A stretch of DNA of 64,000 bases from Candidatus Cloacimonadales bacterium (GTDB lineage Bacteria; Cloacimonadota; Cloacimonadia; Cloacimonadales; DAONDQ01): assembly GCA_963662275.1 (NCBI GenBank), contig OY759316.1:1056001-1120000 (forward strand). The letters are read 5' to 3'. The position numbers were made by a program, and so were the translations under genes. Below the pieces are notes generated by a model, which had not been told where the DNA came from, did no database searches, and saw nothing but the letters and a program-made list of their open reading frames with translations. Within the stretch, counting starts at the first letter, position 1; each line of letters starts with the position of its first letter. Positions 30,996-40,318 of this stretch are shown in pieces.

Positions 30996-31307
30996 ATGCT
31001 AGTCTTTCTAAGTGATCTGCATTTTGAAGATGCCACTGCTGGAAAACACAATATTAATTCAAAAGCCTTTGAAGGTTTTACTGATGATTTGAAAAAACTC
31101 AGCAAGAATGCAAAACATATCCATATCGTACTGCTTGGAGATATCTTCGATCTGAATCGTACAACAGCCTGGTTTGAAAAAGGTGCTGCTAAGCCTTGGA
31201 CATCCGATGATTTGTCCAATCCTGAAGTAGGAGTTGTTGCTGAAAAGATACTGGAGAATATCATTGATAAGAACAAAGACTCATTATCAATCTTAAATTT
31301 TACATAA
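30996..31307 (+). pseudogene. N-terminal fragment of a calcineurin-like metallophosphoesterase
   Basis: VFLSDLHF (DxH) and VLLGDIFD (GDxxD) are present; the GNH and later His motifs are absent; only 103 aa. Confidence 0.7.
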
Positions 31308-31414
31308 TTTCGAATTATTTTGAAATTCTCCCTCTATTTAGTCCTTAAATAAATTCCCTACAATCACTCTCTCTCCTAAAAACGCACTTTAAACCCACCT
31401 TTAGAATTAACATA

Positions 31415-31518
31415 AAACAATCGAAACACAAAAGAAACATAACCCAAACAGCACCGCACATAGGAGCGGTTGTCCTGCGGTTGTGCTGCGGTGGTTCTGC
31501 GGTTCTGCTGCAGTTCTT
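31415..31518. repeat. 11-bp-period tandem/inverted repeat element
   Basis: GAGCGGTTGTC CTGCGGTTGTG CTGCGGTGGTT CTGCGGTTCTG CTGCAGTTCTT preceded by a decaying inverted arm (AAACAATCGAA ACACAAAAGAA ACATAACCCAA ACAGCACCGCA). Confidence 0.7.
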
Positions 31519-31596
31519 TTTCAAGAGGATTACAAGATTCCGATTGCCTAACAAATTGTATATTATCAAGTGAGGTTAGTCTATTGTCGCTAATGC

Positions 31597-31787
31597 TGAA
31601 CTTCCCTGAAAAGTATTTTCGCTACTGATGATGAAAGCTCGAGATGAAGTCCACATTTCCTAGTATTTGGGTATTCGTAAAAGATTCGAAGGAAATATGA
31701 ACTCCATGCTCTTGGTTTTCATGTAAAGTCCGCGATTCCTACAAATGATTAGGAGAATAGTTATACTAGAAGGAATTTTGAACTCCA
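31597..31787. repeat. TGRASTYCA-bounded hairpin element (copy 4)
   Basis: Leader TGAACTTCCCTGAAAA..TTTTCGCTAC..ATGAAAGCT; units 31645-31706 and 31724-31787. Confidence 0.8.
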
Positions 31788-31867
31788 GTATGCTTATCTG
31801 GACTTTTTTTCCTCAGAGTCTTATTTATCAATTCTGATTCTATTCAACTAAATTGATACGGTTAAAT

Positions 31868-33511
31868 TTAAAACAAATAACCTTCTTCCTCTTCTTTTGC
31901 TTTTAAGGAAGGTTTTTTATAAGGCTCTATGACGTTTGGAGGTAATACGACTCTAATTTGCTCTGCGAATAAATCTTGTACCGTTAATAATTGTATTTTA
32001 GGAATCTTAGTTTGGGTAATTCCTTCCATATAGCGGTAATTAAAAGTTCCTTCTTTCACAGCTTCTTCAATCATTCCTTTTGTAGGCTGTTCAAGAGTTA
32101 TTAGGATTCCAAATTCAGCATTCTGGCTTTGAATAGTTCCTTTCAAGTCTCTCACCATTCCCGGATTGATACTGTGACCACCTTTTACTGAGATAATCCC
32201 CTTTCCCACTTTATCTTTCCTGGTATGATCTACAAAATTGATTACACCGTCCACACCCTTATCACCTGATTTTACCGTTGGAGTAGCATTTAATTGACTG
32301 ACAGCCCAGACTTCAAATTGGAATGGTGCCTGTTCAGCTAGTTTAGTTGCAGATAGTAAATCGTTTGGAACACCATTTACTTTAAAATCTACTTTCTCGA
32401 TAAGGTCATTTTTGATTAATCGCTTCTTAATTACATCTATCGAAAGATAGGTAATATCAATTCCCACCCATTTTCTTTTCTGCTTTTCTGCTGCTGCTAT
32501 AGTAGTTCCACAACCACAGAATGGGTCTAAAACGATATCACCTTCATTAGTACTCGCTTTGATAACTCTCTCAAGCAAGGCTTCTGGTTTTTGAGTAGGA
32601 TAACCCATTCGTTCTTCTTTGGAAGCTATCTTAATATCAGTCCAGATATCTGGACACTTGTTGCCCTGCATCTCATCTAAATAACGTATTAAACGAGGAC
32701 ATCCGTTACTCGTATAGGCAATTTTCCCAGCATCGTCTAATTGCCTCATCTTCTCTTCATTATAAACGAAACATCTTGAAGTTGGAGGAGTATATCCTTT
32801 CCAAGAATAGATCTGTCCTTTTGATGCTCGTGACATGGGGGCAGTCAAATCCGTTAATTGATATTTCCTATCATTCTTACCGATTTTATTATAAAAATTC
32901 TCAACATAGTCTTCATCATATGCAGCATATTGTTGGTTCCAAGTCCAGTCATTTGTTTTCGAGTAAAATAGGATTACATCATGTATCCAACCGTATTTCT
33001 TTTGAACATTTCCTTTGGCATCAGTCCTCTTCCAAATGATTTCGTTATGGAAATTACCTGTACCGAAAACAGCGTCCATTAACATTTTGATATAATGACT
33101 TGCTATGGGATCGCAATGAAGATATATGCTACCAGTTGGTTTTAATACTCTTTTCATTTCTAAAAGCCTGGGAGCCATCATACACAAATATGCCATCAAT
33201 GGACATTCTGCGAGATAACTACGCATAGCTTTCATCAAATCTATCAGCTTTTGACTTGGAGGTTCAATGGTAAGCGTACCCATGAGTAATTCAATATATT
33301 CTTTTTCTGCTTCTGCACCCCAATTCCAGGTATCTTCAAATGTCTTTATTTGTGAAGTTGCACCTTTCAAGCCATTGGATTCTGGTTTGAAAATGATATT
33401 GTAATCGCGACCACTTTGAAAAGGTGGATCAAGGTATATCAGGTCAATGCTGGAGTCTTTGATGCTTTTCTTAAGAATATCAAGGTTATCCCCATAAAAC
33501 AGATTGTTCAT
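31868..33511 (-). CDS. Solitary N6A/N4C DNA methyltransferase (beta class) with C-terminal Mrr-like domain
   Basis: LFYGDNL, LIYLDPPF, GSIYLHCD, GYPTQKPEALLERVI, VLDPFCGCGTT; C-terminal PFQFEVWA..GDKGVDG..ISVKGG..VRDLKG. Confidence 0.9.
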   Translation of the reverse strand: MNNLFYGDNLDILKKSIKDSSIDLIYLDPPFQSGRDYNIIFKPESNGLKGATSQIKTFEDTWNWGAEAEKEYIELLMGTLTIEPPSQKLIDLMKAMRSYLAECPLMAYLCMMAPRLLEMKRVLKPTGSIYLHCDPIASHYIKMLMDAVFGTGNFHNEIIWKRTDAKGNVQKKYGWIHDVILFYSKTNDWTWNQQYAAYDEDYVENFYNKIGKNDRKYQLTDLTAPMSRASKGQIYSWKGYTPPTSRCFVYNEEKMRQLDDAGKIAYTSNGCPRLIRYLDEMQGNKCPDIWTDIKIASKEERMGYPTQKPEALLERVIKASTNEGDIVLDPFCGCGTTIAAAEKQKRKWVGIDITYLSIDVIKKRLIKNDLIEKVDFKVNGVPNDLLSATKLAEQAPFQFEVWAVSQLNATPTVKSGDKGVDGVINFVDHTRKDKVGKGIISVKGGHSINPGMVRDLKGTIQSQNAEFGILITLEQPTKGMIEEAVKEGTFNYRYMEGITQTKIPKIQLLTVQDLFAEQIRVVLPPNVIEPYKKPSLKAKEEEEGYLF

Positions 33512-33604
33512 TTGCCCCTTCCTTATAAATTAATAACACATAATGATGATAGATTTAAATGCAATACTAGTGTCAAGATTAATTGAAGTCAAGCATACTA
33601 TTTT

Positions 33605-33806
33605 TGAACTTCCCTGAAAACGAGTTTTCGCTACCGGGGATGAAAGCTGAGTTCTCCGAGTGAACTGATTTATCTATTTGTCGAGGAGACGACATTTATA
33701 CAACCTTGAGTGTAGTATCGATTCATTTCGATACAATTTCTCCTTCGTCGAAATCACTCAATGAACCGTGTATTCTCTCGTTCGATACTTTAGCTTTCAT
33801 GTAAAG
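33605..33806. repeat. Scaffold of the hairpin element (copy 5) carrying a different internal insert
   Basis: TGAACTTCCCTGAAAA..TTTTCGCTACCGGGGATGAAAGCT [143 nt] AGCTTTCATGTAAAG. Confidence 0.7.
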
Positions 33807-34030
33807 GACGAAGTAGAAAAGCATTCTCAGAGCATAGCCGTTTGAAAACAGCGTTCCGATATTAGTAATGGAAATGTGCTTTCTGTTTACATGTAAAACA
33901 AGCGTGGCTGAAAAAAAACTCATTATTAGCGTCTTCATACCCAAGAGTAATTTAGCTTATTCTAATATATTGACGAAATTGTATTTGTACTTTTTGTGAC
34001 AGCACTTTATAATATCAAGTGGAGGAAATT

Positions 34031-34258
34031 ATGATTGATAAAACAAAAGTCGAAGAAGTGTTAGATCGCATTCGTCCTGCTATTCAAGCAGATGGTGGAG
34101 ATGTGGAACTTATCAAGATTCGTACAGACAACGTGATTGAAGTAAGGTTAAGTGGAGCTTGTGGAAGTTGTCCCATGGCAACCTTGACCTTGAAGGCTGG
34201 AATTGAACGGGTTCTTAAGGAAGAAATTCCGGAAGTCAAAGAAGTTATCGGCGTATAG
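34031..34258 (+). CDS. NifU/Nfu C-terminal domain Fe-S carrier
   Basis: IRPAIQADGGDVEL..LSGACGSCPMATLTLKAGIER; SD GGAGG. Confidence 0.93.
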   Translation: MIDKTKVEEVLDRIRPAIQADGGDVELIKIRTDNVIEVRLSGACGSCPMATLTLKAGIERVLKEEIPEVKEVIGV

Positions 34259-34392
34259 ATCATTTTCTATCTTCTTCAGAATTCTTAATGGATACTGAAG
34301 AAGATATTTTTTTTGTTATTCAGAAGCAAATAATTTCAATCAGAAGATACCCCTGGAGTGGGTGCTACTCTTCTTTAGGAACAAGGGAAAAA

Positions 34393-35163
34393 ATGAGATC
34401 AATTAATCTGCAAAACGAAGTAGAAAAAATCTGCAAATTTATCACTTCTTTCACAAAAGAAAATGGATTTGAAAATGTAATTGTAGGATTGTCTGGTGGA
34501 ATTGATTCTTCTCTCACAGCTACATTGTCTGTAAGAGCTTTAGGAAAGGAGCATGTATATGGTGTTCTGATGCCTTATCGCACAAGCAATCCATTTAGTA
34601 AGTCAGATGCGTTGAAGTTAGCAGAATTTCTGCGTATTAAAACAGAAATTATTGAAATTTCACCAATGGTTGATGGATATTTTCAAAATTATGAACAGGA
34701 AGCGGATATTCTTCGGCGGGGCAATTTCATGGCTCGTACAAGGATGTGTGTGCTTTTTGATCATTCCAGCAAGCATAAAGCACTGGTAGCTGGAACAAGC
34801 AATAAGTCAGAATTAATGACAGGTTATTGTACTCAATATGGAGATTCAGCATGTGCCTTTGAACCCATTGGTCATTTATATAAGACAGAAGTCAGGGGGA
34901 TGGCTAAGATACTTGGTATTCCTTCGAATATAATCGAAAAACCTCCCACTGCTGATCTCTGGGCTGACCAGACAGATGAAGATGAACTAGGTCTGACTTA
35001 TACACGTCTCGATGCAATTTTATATCATATCATGGAAGAAAATCTTCGAGATGATCAGATCATTGAAATAGGCTATTCAAAACAAGAAATCATGAGAGTG
35101 AAATACTTGGGTAAGGTTTCAGCATTTAAACGTCGATTACCAGTTCTGATGGAGGGTTTTTGA
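34393..35163 (+). CDS. nadE: NH3-dependent NAD+ synthetase
   Basis: VGLSGGIDSS, GNFMARTRM, GTSNKSE..GY.TQYGD, LYKTEV, KPPTADLWADQTDEDELG. Confidence 0.95.
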   Translation: MRSINLQNEVEKICKFITSFTKENGFENVIVGLSGGIDSSLTATLSVRALGKEHVYGVLMPYRTSNPFSKSDALKLAEFLRIKTEIIEISPMVDGYFQNYEQEADILRRGNFMARTRMCVLFDHSSKHKALVAGTSNKSELMTGYCTQYGDSACAFEPIGHLYKTEVRGMAKILGIPSNIIEKPPTADLWADQTDEDELGLTYTRLDAILYHIMEENLRDDQIIEIGYSKQEIMRVKYLGKVSAFKRRLPVLMEGF

Positions 35164-36386
35164 TAGGATTCCTGAAACGCGATCGTTGTAAGCTTTGCCA
35201 GACCTATCGCGGGAATAGATATTGTCTCAGAAAAGATAAAAATATATGCTGGCATTGCTGTAATCAGATGAGGATTGATAATCGTTGTCCAAAAGGTTGC
35301 GAATACAGGCTTCAAAAAAATGGGGAAGATGCACTGGCTATTGGACGCTGTAAAGTTGACTCCGTATGTGAAAATTATGATTTAAACCGCGAACTTGTTG
35401 ACCAATGGCTTCTAGTGCCAAGCCAGGATTTTGATCAGCAAATTCCATTAAAGATTGCTGAAACAGTTGAAGGACGAGAAAAACTAGCCCATTATATTGA
35501 TAGGATTCCGAATAATATTCTACTTCCTCTAAATTACTTGCGGGAAAGACTGCACCTTCCTACACAGGAAGAGAAATTACCCATCATTGATTATGAATCC
35601 AAGAGCAATGAATTTTTGGAGTTGCTGATATTACAGAAATGGGAAGATACAATTCCTTATTTATATCAAGCGGATTCTTATCAAACTGAAGAAAATACGA
35701 AAATCTATATTGAATCGCTTGTTTCCCAACCTCTAATTCGGAAAATAAAACATTACTCCATGATTTCATCTGCTTATGCCAAAGATGGTCAAGAAGGCTT
35801 GGTATTCTTTGATATCAATCATAAAGATGATTTGACCCTTCACTGGAAGAAGAAGGATGGGAAATGGTTATTATGGGCAAAGATAGGTGGAAATCCGCAA
35901 TTGATCTATGGAGAAAAGAAAGCATTAGAACACATAGAGCATCTTCTTGGTCAACAGAAGTATTCTCAAACGTATGAAACCTTGGATAAATATTCAAGGA
36001 TTTTCCAGGATTCTGGAGATCTTGAATATCATTGGGGTCTATACTATTCTATCCAAGCTGATAAAAAGAAAGCAATTGCTCATTATAATCGAGCCATTTT
36101 GCTGGATCAGGATTTTCACCAGGCACGTTTCAATATGGCATTCATCTTACATGCGGATAATCAGCTTGATAGTGCCCAGTTTCACTATGAGTACCTATTA
36201 AAACTAAACCCCAAAGATATTAAAGTGATGAATAATCTTGCTATTGTCGCTCTGATGAAACAAAACAATGCCCAGGCAAAATCTCTTTGGGAGCAATGCC
36301 TGGCACTTGATCCCGACAACGAGAATGTGGCGAAGAATCTTGAACATTTTATTAAAACAAATACTGACCCCAATTCACTTGATTAA
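35160..36386 (+). CDS. TPR protein with N-terminal Cys-rich putative zinc-binding domain
   Basis: CKLC..YC..ICWHCC..RCPKGCEY at the N-terminus; C-terminal TPRs (AIAHYNRAILLD, ARFNMA, MNNLA). Confidence 0.75.
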   Translation: MIGFLKRDRCKLCQTYRGNRYCLRKDKNICWHCCNQMRIDNRCPKGCEYRLQKNGEDALAIGRCKVDSVCENYDLNRELVDQWLLVPSQDFDQQIPLKIAETVEGREKLAHYIDRIPNNILLPLNYLRERLHLPTQEEKLPIIDYESKSNEFLELLILQKWEDTIPYLYQADSYQTEENTKIYIESLVSQPLIRKIKHYSMISSAYAKDGQEGLVFFDINHKDDLTLHWKKKDGKWLLWAKIGGNPQLIYGEKKALEHIEHLLGQQKYSQTYETLDKYSRIFQDSGDLEYHWGLYYSIQADKKKAIAHYNRAILLDQDFHQARFNMAFILHADNQLDSAQFHYEYLLKLNPKDIKVMNNLAIVALMKQNNAQAKSLWEQCLALDPDNENVAKNLEHFIKTNTDPNSLD

Positions 36387-36399
36387 CAAATGAGCTGAT

Positions 36400-37506
36400 A
36401 TGCCATACGAAGAAAAGTACTTTCATCTAGCTTTTCAGCTAGCAGAACGGGGAAGAGGAAGAACCTCTCCAAATCCTTTTATAGGCGCAGTACTGGTAAA
36501 AGATGGAAACATCATCGGTACGGGTTATACCCAACCTTATGGACATGATCATGCTGAAGTCCAAGCAATCAAAACCGCTAGTACGAATTGCCAGGATGCA
36601 GAACTGTATGTCACTTTAGAGCCTTGTTCACATTATGGAGCAACACCACCATGTGCAGATTTGATTATCGAAAAAGGAATTAGGCGAGTATATATAGGAC
36701 TTGAAGATCCCAATCCCATTGTTCATGGAAAAGGTATTCAGAAGCTCAAAGATGCAGGAATTGAGATTACAGTTGGAATATGGAAAGAGAAGATAGAGAA
36801 GCAATTAGAAGCTTATGTTTATTACATAACACATCAATTTCCGTTTGTTTTCATGAAGAATGCGGTAACACTAGACGGTAAGATTGCAGATCAATCCGGT
36901 AATTCCAAATGGATATCCTGTGAAGAATCACGCACTTTTGTTCACCATCTCAGGCAGGAAGCAGATGCTGTTATTACCGGTATAGGTACTGTTATTACGG
37001 ATAATCCATTATTCAATGTGCGTTTACCGGAAGTATATAAACAACCCTTACGTGTTGTGCTGGACCCTATGCTTGATATACCATCCGATTCACAAGTAGT
37101 ATTAACAGCCCATGAGTTTCCGACGCTGGTAATCAAATCTCTCGATTATGCAAATCCTGAAAAGGAAAGCTCGCTGGTTGAAAAAGGTATTTGTATCGAA
37201 TCAGTTCCTTCTCTTTCAGAAGGACTGGATTTAGAAGCGATTCTCAGGATTCTTCATAAGAAGAAGAAAATGCAGGTCATGATTGAAGCTGGAACTAGGT
37301 TAAGTTCCTCCTTTCTGAGGCATGGCTTGATCAACAAACTATACTATTTTATTGCACCCAAAGTCGTTGGCGGAAAGCATATTCTCTTTGATCATGTAGG
37401 TGTTGCCAACTTATCAGAAGCTATCGAATTTCACATCGATGAGCTGAAACAAGTAGGGCAGGATATTTTAATGATTGCGTATCCTGGGAAAGCTAAAAAT
37501 CAATAA
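36400..37506 (+). CDS. ribD: Riboflavin biosynthesis deaminase/reductase
   Basis: TSPNP, HAEVQA, LYVTLEPCSHYGATPPC, TLDGKIA, GIGTVITDNP. Confidence 0.96.
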   Translation: MPYEEKYFHLAFQLAERGRGRTSPNPFIGAVLVKDGNIIGTGYTQPYGHDHAEVQAIKTASTNCQDAELYVTLEPCSHYGATPPCADLIIEKGIRRVYIGLEDPNPIVHGKGIQKLKDAGIEITVGIWKEKIEKQLEAYVYYITHQFPFVFMKNAVTLDGKIADQSGNSKWISCEESRTFVHHLRQEADAVITGIGTVITDNPLFNVRLPEVYKQPLRVVLDPMLDIPSDSQVVLTAHEFPTLVIKSLDYANPEKESSLVEKGICIESVPSLSEGLDLEAILRILHKKKKMQVMIEAGTRLSSSFLRHGLINKLYYFIAPKVVGGKHILFDHVGVANLSEAIEFHIDELKQVGQDILMIAYPGKAKNQ

Positions 37507-37655
37507 AAGAAGTCAGTCAATTCCTTAAAATAGAGAGCATGTAAATGTGCTTAACTATTTATATATCAGTATATTAAGCTATTTGATAACAAAATTTTAG
37601 TAGACAGGAAATCTGACTTTTGCCACCATGACCTCGTTAGATATGAGGTAAAAAA

Positions 37656-38153
37656 ATGTTAAAAAGATTTAGTATCTTATTACTCGGCGCTTTTTCCCTG
37701 GCAGCGGTAAGCTTATGCAGCTCACCCGCGGTGACAGTGAAAACGGAGAGTAATAATATGAGACAGAATGATCTAAGCCAACGCGAATTGCAGGGAGAAC
37801 TTGTTGAAGAACCACCTGCCGATTCGGTCCAGACGTTTACTATGAAAGCTACCTATTATTCCAATAGCTTACATGGAAGACGCACGACAAATGGTGAACA
37901 CTACGATAAAAATAAACTTACTTGTGCCCATCGCAAATTCCCCTTCAATACCCTTCTTAAAATCACCAATAAAGATAACGGTAAGCAGGTTATTGTACGC
38001 GTTAATGATCGTGGTCCTTTTACTCGAAAGATGGATCTTGATCTTTCTCATGCCGCTGCTGCAGAATTGGGTATGCTGAAGGCAGGAGTGAAATATGTAC
38101 AAGTACAGGTACTTGGAGTGGAAGAACCGAAACTTTCAGAATCTACTCGATGA
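37656..38153 (+). CDS. rlpA: Septal ring lytic transglycosylase RlpA family protein
   Basis: ATYYS..HGRRTTNGE.YD..LTCAHR..PF..VRVNDRGPF..DLSHAAA. Confidence 0.9.
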   Translation: MLKRFSILLLGAFSLAAVSLCSSPAVTVKTESNNMRQNDLSQRELQGELVEEPPADSVQTFTMKATYYSNSLHGRRTTNGEHYDKNKLTCAHRKFPFNTLLKITNKDNGKQVIVRVNDRGPFTRKMDLDLSHAAAAELGMLKAGVKYVQVQVLGVEEPKLSESTR

Positions 38154-39049
38154 CAGACTTATTTATCATATCCCATGAAGTTCAGGAAGCGATAGCTAAT
38201 AAACAGCCTATTCTCGCTCTCGAATCAACTGTTATTACACATGGAATGCCATTTCCGGAAAATGTGCAAACTGCACTCATTTTAGAAACAGAAGCCCGTA
38301 ATCTTGGAGTTACTCCAGCCACGATCTGCGTGATGAACGGAAAGATAAGAATCGGTGTTTCTCAAGATGATCTTTCTGAACTAGGACAAGCTAAGAATTC
38401 TGCCAAGTTATCCTTACGTGATATTCCATATGCATGTCTGAATCAACAAAACGGAGGCACTACAGTATCTGCAACCATGTTATTGGCGCACCAGGCTGGA
38501 ATATCAGTATTTTCAACAGGTGGCATAGGTGGCGTACATCGTGGCAGTGAGCAAACAATGGATGTTTCGGCTGATTTAACAGCTTTAGCTTCTATCCCTA
38601 TGCTGGTTGTCTGTGCCGGTGCAAAACTGATACTTGATTTGCCCAAAACATTGGAATATCTGGAAACTGTATCTGTTCCTGTTTTTGGATATCAGACGAA
38701 TTGCTTCCCAGCTTTTTATTCGAGAACAACACCGTATTCCATTGATCGGATCGATACTCCAAAACAAATTGCTCAGACATTTCTCTATCAAAGAAAATTG
38801 GTTATGCAACAGGGAATGCTGATTGCCAATCCAATACCGCTTGAGAATGAAATACCATTTGATCAGATCAGTGAAGTGATCGACCGTGCTCTTCTTGATG
38901 CAAAACAATTGAAGATCAGAGGGAAAGCAACAACGCCTTATTTATTACAAAGATTATATGAACTAACAGAAGGTGAATCCCTGAAAGCTAATATTGAATT
39001 GATCAGGAATAATGTGCGTCTCGGTGCTTTAATAGCAAAAGAACTGTAA
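38150..39049 (+). CDS. psuG: Pseudouridine-5'-phosphate glycosidase
   Basis: ALESTVITHGMPFPEN, GGTTVSATM, TGGIGGVHRG, DVSADL, GAKLILD, TPYLL. Confidence 0.95.
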   Translation: MTDLFIISHEVQEAIANKQPILALESTVITHGMPFPENVQTALILETEARNLGVTPATICVMNGKIRIGVSQDDLSELGQAKNSAKLSLRDIPYACLNQQNGGTTVSATMLLAHQAGISVFSTGGIGGVHRGSEQTMDVSADLTALASIPMLVVCAGAKLILDLPKTLEYLETVSVPVFGYQTNCFPAFYSRTTPYSIDRIDTPKQIAQTFLYQRKLVMQQGMLIANPIPLENEIPFDQISEVIDRALLDAKQLKIRGKATTPYLLQRLYELTEGESLKANIELIRNNVRLGALIAKEL

Positions 39050-39196
39050 TGATTCGGTAGCTCCTCCTTCAGGGTTGAAACTACTTAAGGGGTTGATTGT
39101 ATGATGATCATTGAATGCGTATCGTTCATTTTTAACTAATGTCCTGAAGGACAAAGAAGCTTCCTGAAGTAATCTTTACCATCCCTGAAGTGATAA

Positions 39197-40318
39197 CTAC
39201 AGCTTCACTAATTTTCTCACTAAAACATCCAGACCTTCTTCCAGTTTTGCCACTCCTAAACCATAACTGATACGCAGCCAACCAGTACCGTTCATACCAA
39301 AGGCTCTTCCAGGTGCCGTAATTACACCTGACTTCGCCAGTTTTTGTGCAAAAGCCAGGTCATCATGTTGGATGTTAAGAAAAAGATAAAAGGCTGCTGC
39401 GGGCTTAATGACAAGTGTTTTTGTTGAACGATTCAGAATATCCATACAAATTTGATAATTAGTCTCTAAAGTATCATTTAACCTGGTCAGGGATTCCATT
39501 CCTTCTGCGGATAAGGCTGAAATAGCAAGTCGCTGTCCCAAGTTACCTGCACAAGTGGAAATATACTGGTGAGCTATTACGATAGGTTTGACCAGTTGTT
39601 CATTTCCAATGACCCAACCTATGCGCCAGCCAGTCATACAATGCGATTTAGAAACACCTGAAACAATCAGCAATTGATCATATTTTCCGTAAAAGCTTGG
39701 AATGGGTATATCGAGAGATAATTCCCGATATACTTCATCTACAATTAGAATCACATCGTTTTGTCGGCAACCTTCTATAATAATATTTATTTCTTTTTCC
39801 GTAAATATTGTACCCAAAGGATTTGATGGATAGCAGATGAGCAAGCATTTAGGTTTTAATTTCATTGCTTCATTGAGTACAGAATCATCTAACTGAAACT
39901 GGTTTGCAGCATCTAAAGGAACAGAGACCGGGACTCCGCCAAGCATCCTGATTATGGCACTGTAAGCCGGATAACAAGGTTCCAGGATAATGACTTTATC
40001 TCCTGTATCAATGTAAGAAGTTAGAGAAGCATATAATGCTTCTTCAGCTCCATTTGTAACACAGACTCCTTCTGTATTTGCTTCATCATCATAGTGTCTG
40101 GCTATTGCTGCTCGCAGTTCTGGAAGTCCGGCATTGGGTGTATAAGAGAAAGTAGTGGTCCTGACAAGTTCAGTTGCTTTATCTTTTAAGAATGAAGGCA
40201 TGGGAAACTGTATTTCACCTAATCCAAGATTAACTGCATCTGATGGGGCAGAATCATAGATTTGGCGTATCAGGGACTTTTCTATCCCAGAGACTCTATG
40301 GGAAACTTTGGTTTGCAT
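39197..40318 (-). CDS. PLP-dependent class I/II aminotransferase (possibly DapC-type, coupled to dapD)
   Basis: NLGLGE, YTPNAGLPELR, PSNPLG, DEVY, SKSHCMTGWRIGW, PGRAFG..GWLRIS; start overlaps the dapD stop. Confidence 0.85.
   Translation of the reverse strand: MQTKVSHRVSGIEKSLIRQIYDSAPSDAVNLGLGEIQFPMPSFLKDKATELVRTTTFSYTPNAGLPELRAAIARHYDDEANTEGVCVTNGAEEALYASLTSYIDTGDKVIILEPCYPAYSAIIRMLGGVPVSVPLDAANQFQLDDSVLNEAMKLKPKCLLICYPSNPLGTIFTEKEINIIIEGCRQNDVILIVDEVYRELSLDIPIPSFYGKYDQLLIVSGVSKSHCMTGWRIGWVIGNEQLVKPIVIAHQYISTCAGNLGQRLAISALSAEGMESLTRLNDTLETNYQICMDILNRSTKTLVIKPAAAFYLFLNIQHDDLAFAQKLAKSGVITAPGRAFGMNGTGWLRISYGLGVAKLEEGLDVLVRKLVKL

Noticed and set aside
31345..31569. 74-aa minus-strand ORF
   Set aside because: Runs through the 11-bp repeat element; no recognisable coding signal.
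14651..33806. TGRASTYCA hairpins as classical integron attC sites
   Set aside because: No RYYYAAC/GTTRRRY core ends, no integrase in the window, and the flanked genes are in mixed orientation with their own promoters. Only a conceptual analogy is kept.
36370..36400. FMN riboswitch upstream of ribD
   Set aside because: Only 13 nt separate ribD from the previous gene and no RFN motif is visible.
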